64,000 bases of DNA, taken from assembly GCF_009914755.1 (NCBI RefSeq), contig NC_060936.1. One strand, 5' to 3'. The translations under genes were made by a program, and so were the position numbers. The notes beneath the pieces were generated by a model that saw only the letters and a list, made by a program, of their open reading frames with translations, ran no database searches and was not told the DNA's origin. This document shows, in pieces, positions 1-13,670 of the stretch. The stretch's first letter is position 1. Each line of letters opens with the position of its first letter. This stretch comes from the human T2T-CHM13v2.0 reference genome, Homo sapiens.

Positions 1-1210
1 CAGAAAATTGAAACTGGACCCCTCCTTATACCATGTACAAAAATCAACTTAAGATGTATTAAAGACTTAAATGTAAACCCAAAACTATAAAAACCCTAGA
101 ACCTACACAATACCATTCAGGACACAGGCATGGGCATATATTTTATGATGAAGGTACCAAAAGCAATTGCAACAAAAGCAAAAATTGATAAATGGAATCT
201 AATTAAACTAAAGAGCTTCTGCACAGCAAAAGAAACTATCATCAAAATGAATAGACAACCTATAGAATAGGAGAAAAATTTTGCAATCTATCCATCTGAA
301 AAGATCTAATATCCAGAGTCTACAAAGAGCTTAAACAAATCAACAGGCAAAAAAACCAAAAACAACCCCATTATAGAGTGGGCAAATGACATGAACGCTT
401 CTCAAAAGAAGATATACATGCAGCCAACAAACATGAAAAAAAGCTCAACATTACTGATCATTAGAGAAATTCAAGTCAAAACCATAAGTGAGATACCATC
501 TCATGCCAGTTAAAATAGCTATTGTTAAAAAGACAAAAAAAGACAGATGTTCATGAGGTTGTGGAGAAGAACACTTTTCTACTGTTGGTGGGAGTGTAAA
601 TTAGTTCAACCATTGTGGAAGACAGTGTGGTGATTCCTCAAAGACATAGAGGCAGAAATATTGTTTGACCCAGCAATCCCATTACTGGGTATATACCCAA
701 AGGAATACAAATCATTATACTATAAAGATACATGCATGCATATGTTCATTGAGCACTATTCACAATAGCAAAGGCATGGAATCCACCTAAATGCCCATCA
801 GTGACAGGCTGGATAAAGAAACTGTGGTACATACACACCATGGAATACTATGTAGCCATAAAAAGGAACGAGACCATGCTCTTTGCAGGGACATTGATGG
901 AGCTGGAAGCCATTATTCTCAGCAAACTAATGCAGGAACAGAAAACAAAAGACTGCATGTTCTCACGTATAATTGGGAGCTGAATGATGAGAACATATGG
1001 ATGCATGATGGGGAACAACACACACTGGAGCCTGCTGGGGACGGGGGGAGGGAGAGCATCCAGAATAGGTTATGGATGCTGGGCTTAATACCTAGGTGAT
1101 GAGATGATTTGTGTGGCAAACCACCATGGCACACTTTTACCTATGCAGCAAACCTGCACATCCTGCACATGTACCCCTGAACTTAGAGTAAAAGTTAAAG
1201 AAAAATAAAA
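1..1210 (+). mobile_element. LINE-1 3' portion (ORF2 C-terminus, 3'UTR, A-tail), older L1PA (about L1PA10-13); runs off the window start
   Basis: L1 ORF2-end motifs (KKLWYIHTMEYY, ORF 801-983); 3'UTR CCTGCACATGTACCCCTGAACTT followed by an A-rich tail; stops and frameshifts present. Confidence 0.95.
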
Positions 1211-2105
1211 GAAGCTTCTTTAATCTGGCTTTGAGTTGGAAACTAGAAACCATTAATTTTTAAAAAGCTACATATTTTTAGAAATTGAAAGAGAAGAAAG
1301 TCTTTTTCTTCTAGCAAGAATATTTAAACCCTGATACATGCTAAGGAGATGTTCTTGTCCCTGTTGCTCTCAATATGATTGTTATGAGCTTTCAACACAT
1401 TCATGCCTTTATTCTAATACAGATCCAAATAGAAGGCACTTTGCAGATCAATAAGTAATTATCATACACAGAATTTATTTGTACCATCCCCATAACTTAG
1501 CTGTCTACAGTCTGTCAACTGCATTTGGGCAGAATTTAGAATTTGAATGAACATAATTTGCAAATAGCTTGTCATGACCCACAAAAGGTTTTCTGAGATG
1601 GGAAAGCTCTCTTTTTACCATCCCAATGACAGCAGAAACTGGAATTATCTAGAAGGTAAACAAAAATTTAGCTCAACGATCTCCATCTCCACAACTACTG
1701 TATATTGATTTTCTGTCAAGAAGATGTACAACTCTTGGAGCATGCTCCCTGTATTCTTATTTATTTTTATATTTATTTACTCATTCATTTATTTTGTGGT
1801 GGGGTAGCCATGGCTACCAAGTTGAATAAGTTTCTTAAGCATTAGAATATATATCAAAGCCTTGAAATGTGTACCTAATACAGGAGAAGATACTCCTTTA
1901 GAAATGAAAAATTAAAAGCATTATTTCTGGGAGTAGATGGAGCTAGATAGTTCCTGCCTGCTGTTAACATTGTACACGGGTAAATATTCATATCAACAAA
2001 TCAATTGAAATACGAGAGTTTAGAATTAGTAAGGATTCCATGGTGGGTAAGCCATATTACAGGCACAGTCCAGTGGAAATATACCAAAAAATTATATAAT
2101 GTCAC

Positions 2106-2484
2106 TGATGTGGTTTGGCTCTCTGTCCCCACCCAAACTTCATCTCGAATTGTAATTCTCACCTGTCAAGGGAGGGACCTGTAATCCCCATGTGTCAAGG
2201 GAGAAAGGTGGTTGGATCATGGGGGCAGTTTCCACCATGCTGCTCTCGTGATAGTGAGTTCTCACGAGATCTGATGGTTTTATAAGTGTTTGGAAGTTCC
2301 TCCTTCGTTCCTCTCTCTTCTGTTGCCTTGTGAAGAAGGTGCCTGCTTCCCCTTCCACCATGATTGTAAGTTTCCTGAGTCCTTCCCAGCCATGCTGAAC
2401 TGTAACTCAATTAAAGCTCTTTCCTTTATAAATTACCCAGCCCCAGGGAAGTTCTTTATAGCAGTGTGAAAATGGACTAATACA
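2106..2484 (+). mobile_element. ERVL-MaLR solo LTR, THE1D-like
   Basis: Starts TGATGTGGTTTGGCT, ends GGACTAATACA, contains ATTAAA; 5-bp flanks GTCAC/GCCAC fit a TSD with one mismatch. Confidence 0.92.
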
Positions 2485-5359
2485 GCCACCTAAATTCCAT
2501 TTGATATCTCCTCATACCATTTTTTTTCTTCAAGTTCACGAAAGAGATAGAGACAGAGAGAGATGGTCACAGCTCCAAGTTCCTAGGGACAATAGCAAGG
2601 AAATAATGTATTAAATTTTAAAAGAATAGTAAAACAGTCATTTAATTCAGGAGCTCTAAGCATTGCAGATTTGCAGTGCCTATTTATATAGTAAAGGCTC
2701 TACCTGTGGAGTTGACACAGATTTTCTAAATTTATTTAACTATTTTTCATATCATGTATTAACTTCCCATTAATACACGAAAAGTAGGCCTGAGTAGCTA
2801 CCCATTAATACATTTTACTAAAAATAAGAGGACAACTGGATGAAAGACAGACTCTCTCTACTATCTATGCAAATCTTCTGTACATCTAAAATTATTCCCC
2901 AAAAATATTGTAAAAAAATGAGAAAAGAGAGAAAAGGAAAAGCAGAGGCAGAATATGAAGAGGAAAAAAAGCAAGGGAGAAGATGAAGAAAAAGCAAAGG
3001 TGTGGTTTTTATGGACCAAGAGACAGCGGAACTTCATTCACTAATGGTACAATCATTATGTCTACATTTGTGTATTTGATGGTCTGTAGCAATCAGTTTT
3101 AGTATTGCGGTATAGTGTTAATTAGGGCATACGCACCTCCAAGCCAATTAAATTTGGTTTATTAATGCATAATTCAGTATTGTTATGTATAGCAGAACAC
3201 ATGAAAAGATTTTAAAATTCTATTTTCTGATGTGGCCTGAATTATTTCAAGGAAACACCCTCTGTCAAGTGAGTGAAAATGAATAATTATGGGAGTCCTA
3301 AAAGCCCACAGTTGGGCGGACTAGACGGCTGCTATGATTAAGCACCTCAGATTGAAAGTATGGATTCTATCATTACAAGAGCAAAGACAGTGCTGTGATA
3401 ATTGTGAAAACACTGTAGCTTCCATTTTTGCTAATGTTTTTGGTAGAATATTTAAAGTCACAGAAGGTGAAGATAGAGAGCTCAATTTCTGTATCCTGTT
3501 ACTTATTTAGATGAATGAGGTTTTCTACCAATTGTAGTCACAACAGAGCTTGCAATCCCTGTGACATTATGATAAGAAAGTGCCGATTTGAGCAAGAAAT
3601 TAAATGATAATAAACATAGTGTAGACTCAGTGGGGGTGATATTGTTTAATGTCAGTAGTGATTGAAACTACCTTCTAGATGACTGAAGCTTTGTTGGCCT
3701 CGTCTGTTTATATCAATTTCTTCTTTTCAAAGGCCATTATCCTAAATTGCATGTTATATAACTTGTGCTGCCTCCCTCCAGCCCACAGCACCACTTCTAA
3801 AGCAACTTGATGATGCATATTGTAGAAAAAAATAATCTTTCCTGGGCTCAGCATCCAAGGAGATTACAATCTTGAGACTGTAATGGGAATGGATTAAACT
3901 TTGCACAATTTCCTTTTGTCACGTGAATTGAATCCCGTTGTGCTATTTTCTATACTCCTTTCAATCTTTGTCATGAAAATGATCCATGCAAGTGTTAGCA
4001 CTGCTTAAGCAACCCTGGCCTGGTTTTAACCCAGTCAGAATCTTACAGTTTGATTGGCTCTTATTTTTCCCTCCCTGAGAAAACAAAGCCAGAAGACTGG
4101 GACAAACCCACCTAACAAATGACAGAACATGAAAAAGGTCATTGTCCTCTGGTTCAGGCAGGCTTAATAAGGACATTTAATGATCTTCATGTAGATCTCA
4201 TGCAAAAAAAAAAAAAATTGAAGGGGCAGGGGAAATGTTCCAACATAAATCCAATCTTGTGACAGCAATTGCACACCTCTGCAAGAGGGAAAATGAAACA
4301 GTACAAAGGTCCTTCATTCTCAATGCAGCTACAGGTTTTCAGATTTCAATCACAGACCCTTTCTCAGATGTCAGACTTCGCATGTTTTCATTACCTCCTA
4401 GGTTAAGATGGAGTCATTCAAATCTTGGTGGTGTTCACAGACTTTAATGTTGCCTTGAATTGACCAATACCAACAGAGAAAACACAAACATGCCTATTAA
4501 GAAAAAGAATAAGAGAATCACTTCCGCAGAACTTGATTTTGTTTTGATCTCCTGAGTGTCTTTGATGTTGGGCAGAGCTGCTGCCTGCAATGCAGTCTTG
4601 GGTACTTTGGATGCATGCAAATTAAACTCATTTGGTTGGAATTTAAAAGTAAAATATTTTTGCTGCTTATTTTTATATTGATTTCAAGTAATTCTATAAC
4701 CATCAATAAATAAATAATTTTCCCAAAGAAAATCCATAAAATTTGATACATTAAGGTATGCAGAGATTTTTTTTAAACCTACATGCTTTAATTTAGCTGA
4801 AACCTACAGTTGTTAATCTTTTATTATGTAACCCTAAGTGGCTTCTTGTATACCATTTCTATATTGCTTTCGAATAACTCACTTGTAAGCATATGTATTT
4901 CAAGTGGTTACATAGAGCATAGAATTAGGGATCAGGAAATCAAGGCTATAAGCAATAAAATTTTGGATTGGTGAGCTATTTTCACCACATTGTATCAGAG
5001 ATCAGCATGTTCTATAGGAACAGATTTTGGTCTGTGCTTCTTTCTGAGGACCAATTCAGAAATCGTCCATGAGACTTTCATCCTATCGCAGGTCAGTAGA
5101 TGGACTACTGAATGTTTCTGAAAGAAGATTCACCAACAGGAAGATGAGCCTTCAGATCTCTGTGATTTGGTTTTACACTTACATGCTTGGGTCGACTCAA
5201 AATCCTAAATAGGTTACACAATCATATGATACCCCAACCAGAGCGGTCACGAGTTGGCCTAAAGGATATTTTACTTAGACCTTACCTGGCCTGAATTCCC
5301 CCAGGATTTTCCCTAGAAATAAAAATTGATGGGATTGAAGAGCCAACTAACAACATTCC

Positions 5360-5570
5360 TAATGTTTCCTGAGTTTTTGTCCAGTGTTAGACACTATCTT
5401 AGCACTTTACACGGGGACCTTCTTACTGCCCTATTTTATTATAAAGGAGATAGTGTTATTGTACCATGTTATAGAAAACTGAGGCTTGAAGAAGATATAT
5501 ATTTTACCCATGTTGGCATAGCTAGAAAGTAGAGAGTCTAGGTCCAGAACTGATGCTTAACCACTAGTGT
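5360..5570 (-). mobile_element. MIR SINE remnant
   Basis: MIR core-like AGAAAACTGAGGCTT with degenerate flanks. Confidence 0.6.
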
Positions 5571-6539
5571 TACTTCCTTTCTATACTACTTCTGCTCTTA
5601 TATTGGGCTATCTTATTAACTGACTAATATAAGTAGTTGTCCAGAGCCTTCTAAAACTTTAGTTGATTTTGAGTAAGCTTTTACTTCCAAAGCTATGTTG
5701 TTGAGAGGGTATTGAGGCAGCATGATTCAGGGGAGTTGCTATATCTCTACTGATTGTTGGGTCATTTTTATTTACTCCAGGCCCAGAATATCCCATGTGC
5801 TGCCACAAAAAAGAGAAACAGCTTTAAAAGTAGCTAGAAATATTGATATAGAAATAAATACAGACAGGAGATCACCTGTCTCACTTAGAAGATGAATTTT
5901 TCTGCAATCATAACTAAATCAGAGTCTGAAAACAATTTTAATGTAAATGTACATCTCTCAACTTTGTAATGCATAGCAACTGCTTGGACCCCTGGAACAA
6001 ATCTTCTCTAATAGTCTGACTCTATAATCCACTGGGATTCTTTTTCTTGGTGTGTATCCTGCCCTGATACATCAGGGTTATCTGGAAATAAAACTAGATC
6101 AATGCACAGAAACTCTGGGTGAAAACCAGTGTCTCCATTTAATAGTTCTTGCCCTTTAAAAATTTCTATAACATGTAATGACACATCAATACTTCAATCA
6201 TTTCACCAAATCTTGCAATAGATATTTGCATTTCCTAAAAAGCAGTACTTAAATTGTGTTATTCCTGAGCCTGAAACCATTGCCAATTTCTCAAATAAAA
6301 ATAACAAATGAACAACTCTTTAAAAATAATTGTGTCTGAATTTTGGAGAGCTTGGAATTGTTGATACATTTTAAAAGGTGGTGATACCATACTAGTAATC
6401 AATATTCATAATAAATATTAATGAAAAATTATTGTATTATAACCTAAACTGTTATCATATGGAATTATGGTTTACTTTTTTTAGAATTGGCGAAAGTAAT
6501 GGTTAGCAACAAGAGTAGTACTGGCCACTTAGGGAAGAT

Positions 6540-7110
6540 TTGTAATTCCATGCAAGAAAGTTTTCGGTTTTATCAATGATGGTGCTAATGCCCTTAGTGA
6601 GTAGGCACTATGAATGCTAAGTGTTCTGCAAATGCACAAGTTGTCCCATACAACTTTTAAATATTTTCCCAGACACTTAAGTGCAGTCGTTAGGTAGAAT
6701 CTTATCTTCTACTCTAGTTGTACAAATTGTTTTAATAAAATTACCTTCCTTTTTATTTCTTTTTTTTTCTTCATTTCCATAAAGTGCAGATATAATTTTC
6801 AATTGTTTGCCTTAGTAAACGTCGTCTTATTTCAGGTCCTCCCTGTGCTCACTCAAAAAGGGAGGGTGTTTAATTTTTATTTAACAAATATGTAATACCA
6901 AGGAAAAGATGAAAGATCCAATAATGTTTTTTGCAAACATTATTTCTTAAAATTATTAAAGCAATTACATTGATTTTTAAAAATTACATTGTTGGTATTT
7001 TTGTCATTGATTAATTTTATTTCAGAAAGTAAAGAGTATATTAGAAATTTTTTTTTTATAAAAAGTAGGGTTTTTAAATCTGATAGCCCTGAGATTTATA
7101 GGTTGAGAAA
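6540..7110. mobile_element. Possible hAT-Charlie (MER20B/MER3-like) DNA transposon remnant
   Basis: Degenerate ATGCTAAGTGTTCTGCAAATGCACAAG-TCCCATACAAC block and a terminal GGTTGAGAA; heavily diverged. Confidence 0.35.
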
Positions 7111-8199
7111 TGAAGAAGGCATGTAGGGTAAAATTAACATAAGACAGAATCTGGAAAACTCCTAAACTAGAATGTGTCTCAAAAAGTGTTATTATGGCAA
7201 CCTCTGAGGCATAAAAGTTGCCAGTGTTACGTTTAGTGCCTAGGTTTGGTTTAATAGCTTAACCTCAACTCTCTTACCGAGCCAGGGAGGTGAATGTTGA
7301 TTTCAGTGATATTTTCAATAGCTTCTAAGAGTACAGTTTAGAATTGCTCAAGGAAAATTTTTTCATTGATATCTGTGCCAGGTTTTTGTTGTTTGGTAGT
7401 GGTGGTGGTTTCATGTCCTCTTCAATCTCTCTTAAAATTTAGTCATGACATTTCCAAATGAAACCCTAAAGTTAAAGCAACATCTAAGAAAATCAGTCTG
7501 GAAATCCTTGCTTTAACAGCTATAACTTCGAAGTATTTACCTCCCTTTGTATTTTAGTCCATCTGTGCTGTATGAGTGAAGTCTTGCCCAAAAATATGAC
7601 CTTTGAATAAGCTTCAAATACTCAGTGGGCCAGTTGGAACAAATGTTCATGCACATCAAAGAACCCTTTTTTAAGAGAATGATCAGGATGAAGGCACATG
7701 TAACCATCCCTAGTGGGATTCTGTCCATCTTCTTAATAATTCAATCACCAGCATAATTATAAAGCTTAAAATGTATTCACCTTTGTGCCTTTTTAACTTA
7801 TTAAACAAACATTGACATGTAGCTATATACTACAGAATTATCTTCAAAGAACATCTTTCTATCAGTTCTATTTTCTCTGAAGCCAAAGGATGATTAACGC
7901 AGATAAGATGTAACTCAAGAGAAATCTCATTAATTAAAACCCTAAATTGAACAGCATAAGATTGTTTCTAAATAGTAGCCTAATAGTAATCTTTCTACAG
8001 ACAGAAATATGCATAAACATGAAATGTTCAATAACTTGTTGAATGAATGAGTGAAGTAACTAACACTATCTCTAGCGCTTTGCAAATACTAACTAAAACT
8101 TCATTTTGGAGATATGAATTAAACTAAAAACATAAAGAAGATTCTAAGTATGCTTTTTTTAGAAAGATCATAGTTAATATTATTAATGTAAATAATTGT

Positions 8200-8365
8200 A
8201 AAATTTAAGTGTATTTGGTGTTTTCTTTGTGTGCTAGAAACTATTATTCAGATTTTATATATATTAATTCACTTTATTCTCACAGATACTCTATGAAGTG
8301 AGTGTGCCATTTTACTAACTAAGGATATGTTAAGTGATTTGCTTTAGGTCACATATGAATTTGGA
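8200..8365 (-). mobile_element. MIR remnant
   Basis: TTCTCACAGATACTCTATGAAGT ... GTTAAGTGATTTGCTTTAGGTCACA resembles antisense MIR. Confidence 0.6.
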
Positions 8366-8559
8366 ATGTGTTAAAATAGAAACTTTATTGATTGTGCTAA
8401 AGAGTGAGATCAGATGGATTGGTGAAAATGTAAAACTACAGATGAGGAATAGTTGAGATTCTTGAAGTAAGTACAAGCTAACTTAAGCAAAAAGCTGTGA
8501 AGTGTCCAGACTATCTTATGAACCCCAAGAGCAGGACAATGGACAGACTTGTGGAAGAA

Positions 8560-8830
8560 CCAGAATCAAGAAGAGAGTTCTCAGGCACCCCACAGGATTT
8601 GTTCTGTTTTTGGTATCTGTCTCTTTCTGCTTGTCTGTGGCATACCTCTTTCTCTTTCTGCTCCCTTGTTCGTGTGACCACCCATGGCTTTCAACTCAAT
8701 TTATTATAATTCCAATCTCAAGGTGCAATTAACATACTCTCAGTTCAAATTTTAAGTTCCTGGAGAAGATTCTTTAATTATCCAGATTGGATCAATTGAC
8801 CAGGTCTGTTAAATTCAACTGCCTGCAACT
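8560..8830. mobile_element. Possible old MLT1 (J/K-like) LTR fragment
   Basis: CCTGGAGAAGATTCTTTAATTATCCAGATTGGATCA resembles the MLT1J/K conserved block; weak. Confidence 0.35.
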
Positions 8831-9393
8831 GGAAGAGACTCTCTGTCTTGGGTCTTCAGCCACTTGCTGGGTGGCAGTAAGCCATGCAGAGCCAACATGG
8901 CTGCTGGGAGCCACTCTTGTGACCATTGGTGAAATAGTTTCCAGAATTGCCGGCAGACACTTTACTAGGCATCTCCCTCAAGAATGGTACACATAAGAGA
9001 TTCAGTATTCAAGGGAGAGACTTCCTAGTGCAAAGATAAGTTCACCACTGGTCTACAGTGTGTGGAATCATTTTAGTGAATCTGGGGCAGATTGTCAGAT
9101 TTTCTGGTCAGAAACTACATTTGATAAGCTTATTAATGTATAGTATTTCAGATTGTAGGGAGTTGACGTTAGACTAACTCACAGGAGGCAGCTAGAGAAA
9201 ACAACAACAACACCAACAACTAAAATATTTTCCTCACTTTAATACAGTAAAAAATTAGCCTCAATCAAGATTCCTGATGACTGTAGACATAAGACCTCTC
9301 AGGAGGCCAAGTTACACATCATATGCTTGATAAAAGCAGGCACAATCACATCAGATAATCATTGCCAGGTGAATTATTATTCTTTTCCTAAGC

Positions 9394-9410
9394 AAAAAAA
9401 AAAAAAAAAA

Positions 9411-9463
<53 letters not shown>
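9394..9463 (+). repeat. A18 run followed by a perfect (TCTA)13 tetranucleotide microsatellite
   Basis: Read directly from the sequence. Confidence 0.97.
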
Positions 9464-9895
<432 letters not shown>

Positions 9896-10955
9896 TTACA
9901 TTCCAGGCCTGAGGATGCCATTGTGATTCTATTGCAGTCTTTCCTAGGCTTCCTCAAAAAAATATTCATAAACAATATTGATATAAATAATTTTTCAGAG
10001 GGATCCTTTCATCTTCCTTATTTTGATTTTTTATCAGTTTGATCGTCAGAAAATGACCTTGTATGTTTGTGTGAGTGTGTGTGAGTGTGAAATATGAACT
10101 ACAGCTTGATTACTAACAAGAACATTCTGTAAACAAAGACCTAAATAAATAAGAGATGGAGGCAAGAGTCAGAACTGGATGGGACCAGAATGAAAGAAAG
10201 AAGAAGTATAGTGGTAATAAATAAAGACAGCCCAAGACGTCTGCCACAAATACTACTAGTATCAGAGTTGTCAGCTAATGTGCAAACTAGTATGTCTGGA
10301 AGTGTCAGGCTGGATGAAAATAGAAGATCAAAATGTACCTATGTGAATACAGCATAATGTGAGATTGCCAAGAACCAATCCATTGGAATTATGAGGAAGC
10401 AATCACACACTATCTACCAAAATAGTTGAATTTGGTTGTACAAGTGGTATACTTCACAGATCTAAGGAACATTTCACATGTTAGTTAAAATAAATTTCTA
10501 TATTTCTTATAAATTTATGGCAGATAATAAGGATATATCTTAAGGAAAAGGTGCCTTTTTCAAATTCACATAAAGTTGCTCTACCAGCTAAAGTAATACC
10601 AATTATCATTTTTGTATAGTTGGAATGCAAATGAGATTAAAGGCTACAAAGGAAACAGTTACCTTAATATCTGGTCAATGTTAACAACTGTATTTTTCAA
10701 GGATAGACCATATATCAATATACTAAGTACTGGGCAGGAAATCAGAAATTTAATTTTTGTCCAAAATCTATTCAGACCACCAAGTTATTTGTTATCCACC
10801 TAGCTGTGGTAACAGCAATTGGTACTTTTAGGATTTGAGTTAGATGGATTCTGAGGCTACAATTTGATTCACAATAGGTAAAATTTCTATGTTCATGATA
10901 AAAAATGTTTCCATCTTAGAACTTTACTTAAAAATTTAAAGAAACCCTCTATATT

Positions 10956-10990
10956 TCTCTCTCTCTTTCTCTCTCTCTCTCTGTCTGTCT
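10956..10990 (+). repeat. (CT)n microsatellite, imperfect
   Basis: Read directly from the sequence. Confidence 0.85.
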
Positions 10991-12295
10991 TCTTGAGGTA
11001 AATTGGACATCCTGTGAGTTTTTAGGAATTCTTTGAATTTTCTTAAAATATGTGATTTTTGTGGTAGAGATTAAGGAGAGGAAGAGAGAACACAAGAGAA
11101 CAACTTTAGCAATTGGGCTTGAGATGCTGGTGAAAGGAGGCAGAGGATGTCTCTATTAACAGTGCTTCAGTGACATATCACTGCTATTGCGAGGTTGAAG
11201 AACCAATGGTTTATTTTATACTTTCAAAGCCAAACTAAAGGTGAATGGAAACTCCTTCTGTCTTGGGCATATTCCCATCGGAGACAAGCAGCAGGTGTGA
11301 GAGCATGGGGCTACTGCTGTTGGCTGTTGATTACTCTCTGTGTAATTGGAAAAGCTCTCTATTCCCATAGCTTTATGTAATATATCAACAGTAATAGATT
11401 CATAATCATTATTCCATCTACTGGAGGTTTGGCCACTGTGACAGATGTCTTCTCAATTTCATGTTGTATGCTCTCAGTGTTCTCCCCTTTTCTGTGGAAA
11501 ATATTTTACATAAAAGTTCAGCCTTAATGAATCTGCTAGGAGATTTTCATATGATGGTGACACTAGTTATCAATCTCAAACTTCAAATGAATAGTTAATC
11601 ATAATGAGCCGATGCACAAGCACCAACTCAGCTTATTTTATTTCCACTAGATTTTATAGCAAAGACTACTAGATGATGCAGAGTTAAACTATGGGGTATG
11701 CCTTTGTTTTTAATATTTGAGATGATCAATTCTGGGCCTATGTATTTAAAGGCATTATCTTGTGTTAGAGTCTTGGAGATTTTATCTTAAATTTTATTGT
11801 GTCTCAGATTTTTGTCTTAGAGATATTCTGTCACAGGATGGAAAACATAGAGTATTTCTCTAATATCTTTGCTATGTCCAGCAGTCATCCCAAGACAGAA
11901 AAGGTTGTCTGTACTACCTGTGTACCATTGACGACTTTTGTAAGGGAAATTGACATCTGTTGTAAGGGAAATTCCAAATATACTCAACACACTTCATATT
12001 TTAAACTCTTATCCAGTGGACTTTCAGTGAATATATAAAAAAAGAACATCTATATTTCCCTGTGTTTATTTAGTTTCTTAAGAAACTCTCGAGTTTAAGA
12101 CACACATATATTTACCATAAATATCCATAAAACTAATTAGGCTTGAAAAAATACCTTCAGGTTTCTGATATTAGTCTTATAATTGTCATTCTTTTAGCTC
12201 TGAATAAAAATTGTTATTATTTTTCAGTGTCTGCCACCTGGTTTGTTTCATCTAATTGCTGCCTCTGTTCTCATTTTCATTGTATTTTTTAAATA

Positions 12296-12722
12296 GAATT
12301 AACCCTTGAGCAAGGCAGGGGATAGGGGCACTGATCCCCTGCGCAGTCAAGAATCTGCATAAAACTTTTGACTCCCCAGAAACTTAACTACTAATAGCGT
12401 ATTGTTGACCAGAAGCCTTACCAATAGCATAAACAGTTAACACATATTTTGTATGTTATATGTATAATATGCTGGATTTTTACAATAAAGTAAGCTGGAG
12501 AAAAAATGTTCTTAGGAAAGTCATAAGGAAGAGAAAATATATTTACTCTTATTTAGGTGGAAATGGATCATTATAAAAGTCTTCATCTTTGCCTTCGTCA
12601 AATGGGCTAAGGAGGAGCAGGAAGAGGAGTGATTGGTGTTGTTGTCTCAGGGATGACAGAGGCAGAAGAAAATCTGCATATAGTGGACCCATGCAGTTTA
12701 CACCAGTGTTAAGGGTCAACTG
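12296..12722 (+). mobile_element. Tigger2a (MER28) non-autonomous TcMar-Tigger element
   Basis: Termini (G)AATTAACCCTTGA ... AAGGGTCAACTG match the CAGTTGACCCTTG TIR; internal TTTTGACTCCCCAGAAACTTAACTACTAATAGC; about 430 bp. Confidence 0.9.
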
Positions 12723-13444
12723 CATATTGTACTAATTGCTTCTTTTAAATAGTTTTGAGAATCTTAGAAACGGGCTTGGGTAATCATAATGAGTATACAC
12801 CCTACAGAGAGAGAGAAGGAGAGAGACATAAAGAAAGACCTCAACAGAAAGCAGGTCCTTTGCAAAGTTTTTTTTTTTTTTTTTTTTTGTCTTTGTAGTT
12901 TACCATCACATCACCTAGAAAGCAGGTTAAAAGCTTTAAAAAAAATGTCTCTCACTTGAGTTTGAATGCTTGTTAAAGCGCTTACAACATTGCTCCCCAA
13001 TTTGCATGTTTTCTTATTGCTCTGACAGTCAGTGGGAGGTGAACTGGAAAGAACTGTAAAAAAATATATACACTTTGTATGGAAGAGTCTGAGATTTCCA
13101 TAAGCATTTCAATTTTCTAACAACTGAGATCAATTTCTTATAATGACATTGAATAAAAAGCTGTTAATGTATCACTTGTAGGTTCTAAGCTGCCTATTCT
13201 ATGAAGCATTTCTTACATTGATTTTCATTTCTTCTTTACCCCATTAGGAAGTATATTTAGTTGTATTAAAACTAATTTATTGAATGACACTAAAAATATG
13301 CCTAAATATGAAGATTACTTTTGTTTATGTATCAAAGGTCATGGTCTAATGGGAGAACCAGAAGCACCTTTCTGTTAAAAGACTGGATATACTCAGAAGA
13401 TACCAAGGCCAGAGAAAATCATTTTCCATCAGTAGGTCAAAGGT

Positions 13445-13670
13445 AGCTTGCATAGTGGTTAAAACTATGAGCTTTGGCTATAAGACTCCCTGGTTGCAAA
13501 TAGCAGTGTTCATTTAAATCCCATATGACCTTGGGCAGTTTACTTACTCTTTCCACAACTTGGTTTTCCTATATGTAAGGTGGATATAATAATAATACCT
13601 GCCGTTAGGGTGAGGGTTTAATGCAAACTTCTTAAACAGTAAGCTAAGCACTGAGGAGTGTTAGCTATGA
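13445..13670 (+). mobile_element. MIR SINE
   Basis: GCATAGTGGTTAA A-box, TGACCTTGGGCAGTTTACTT core, ATAATAATACCT. Confidence 0.85.

Noticed and set aside
4518-4751. Minus-strand 77-aa ORF in unique sequence
   Set aside because: No domain similarity or convincing splice pair; composition follows the AT-rich background
7537-7728. Minus-strand ORF ending near a GAG|GTAAAT donor
   Set aside because: Weak acceptor and no recognisable peptide in any frame
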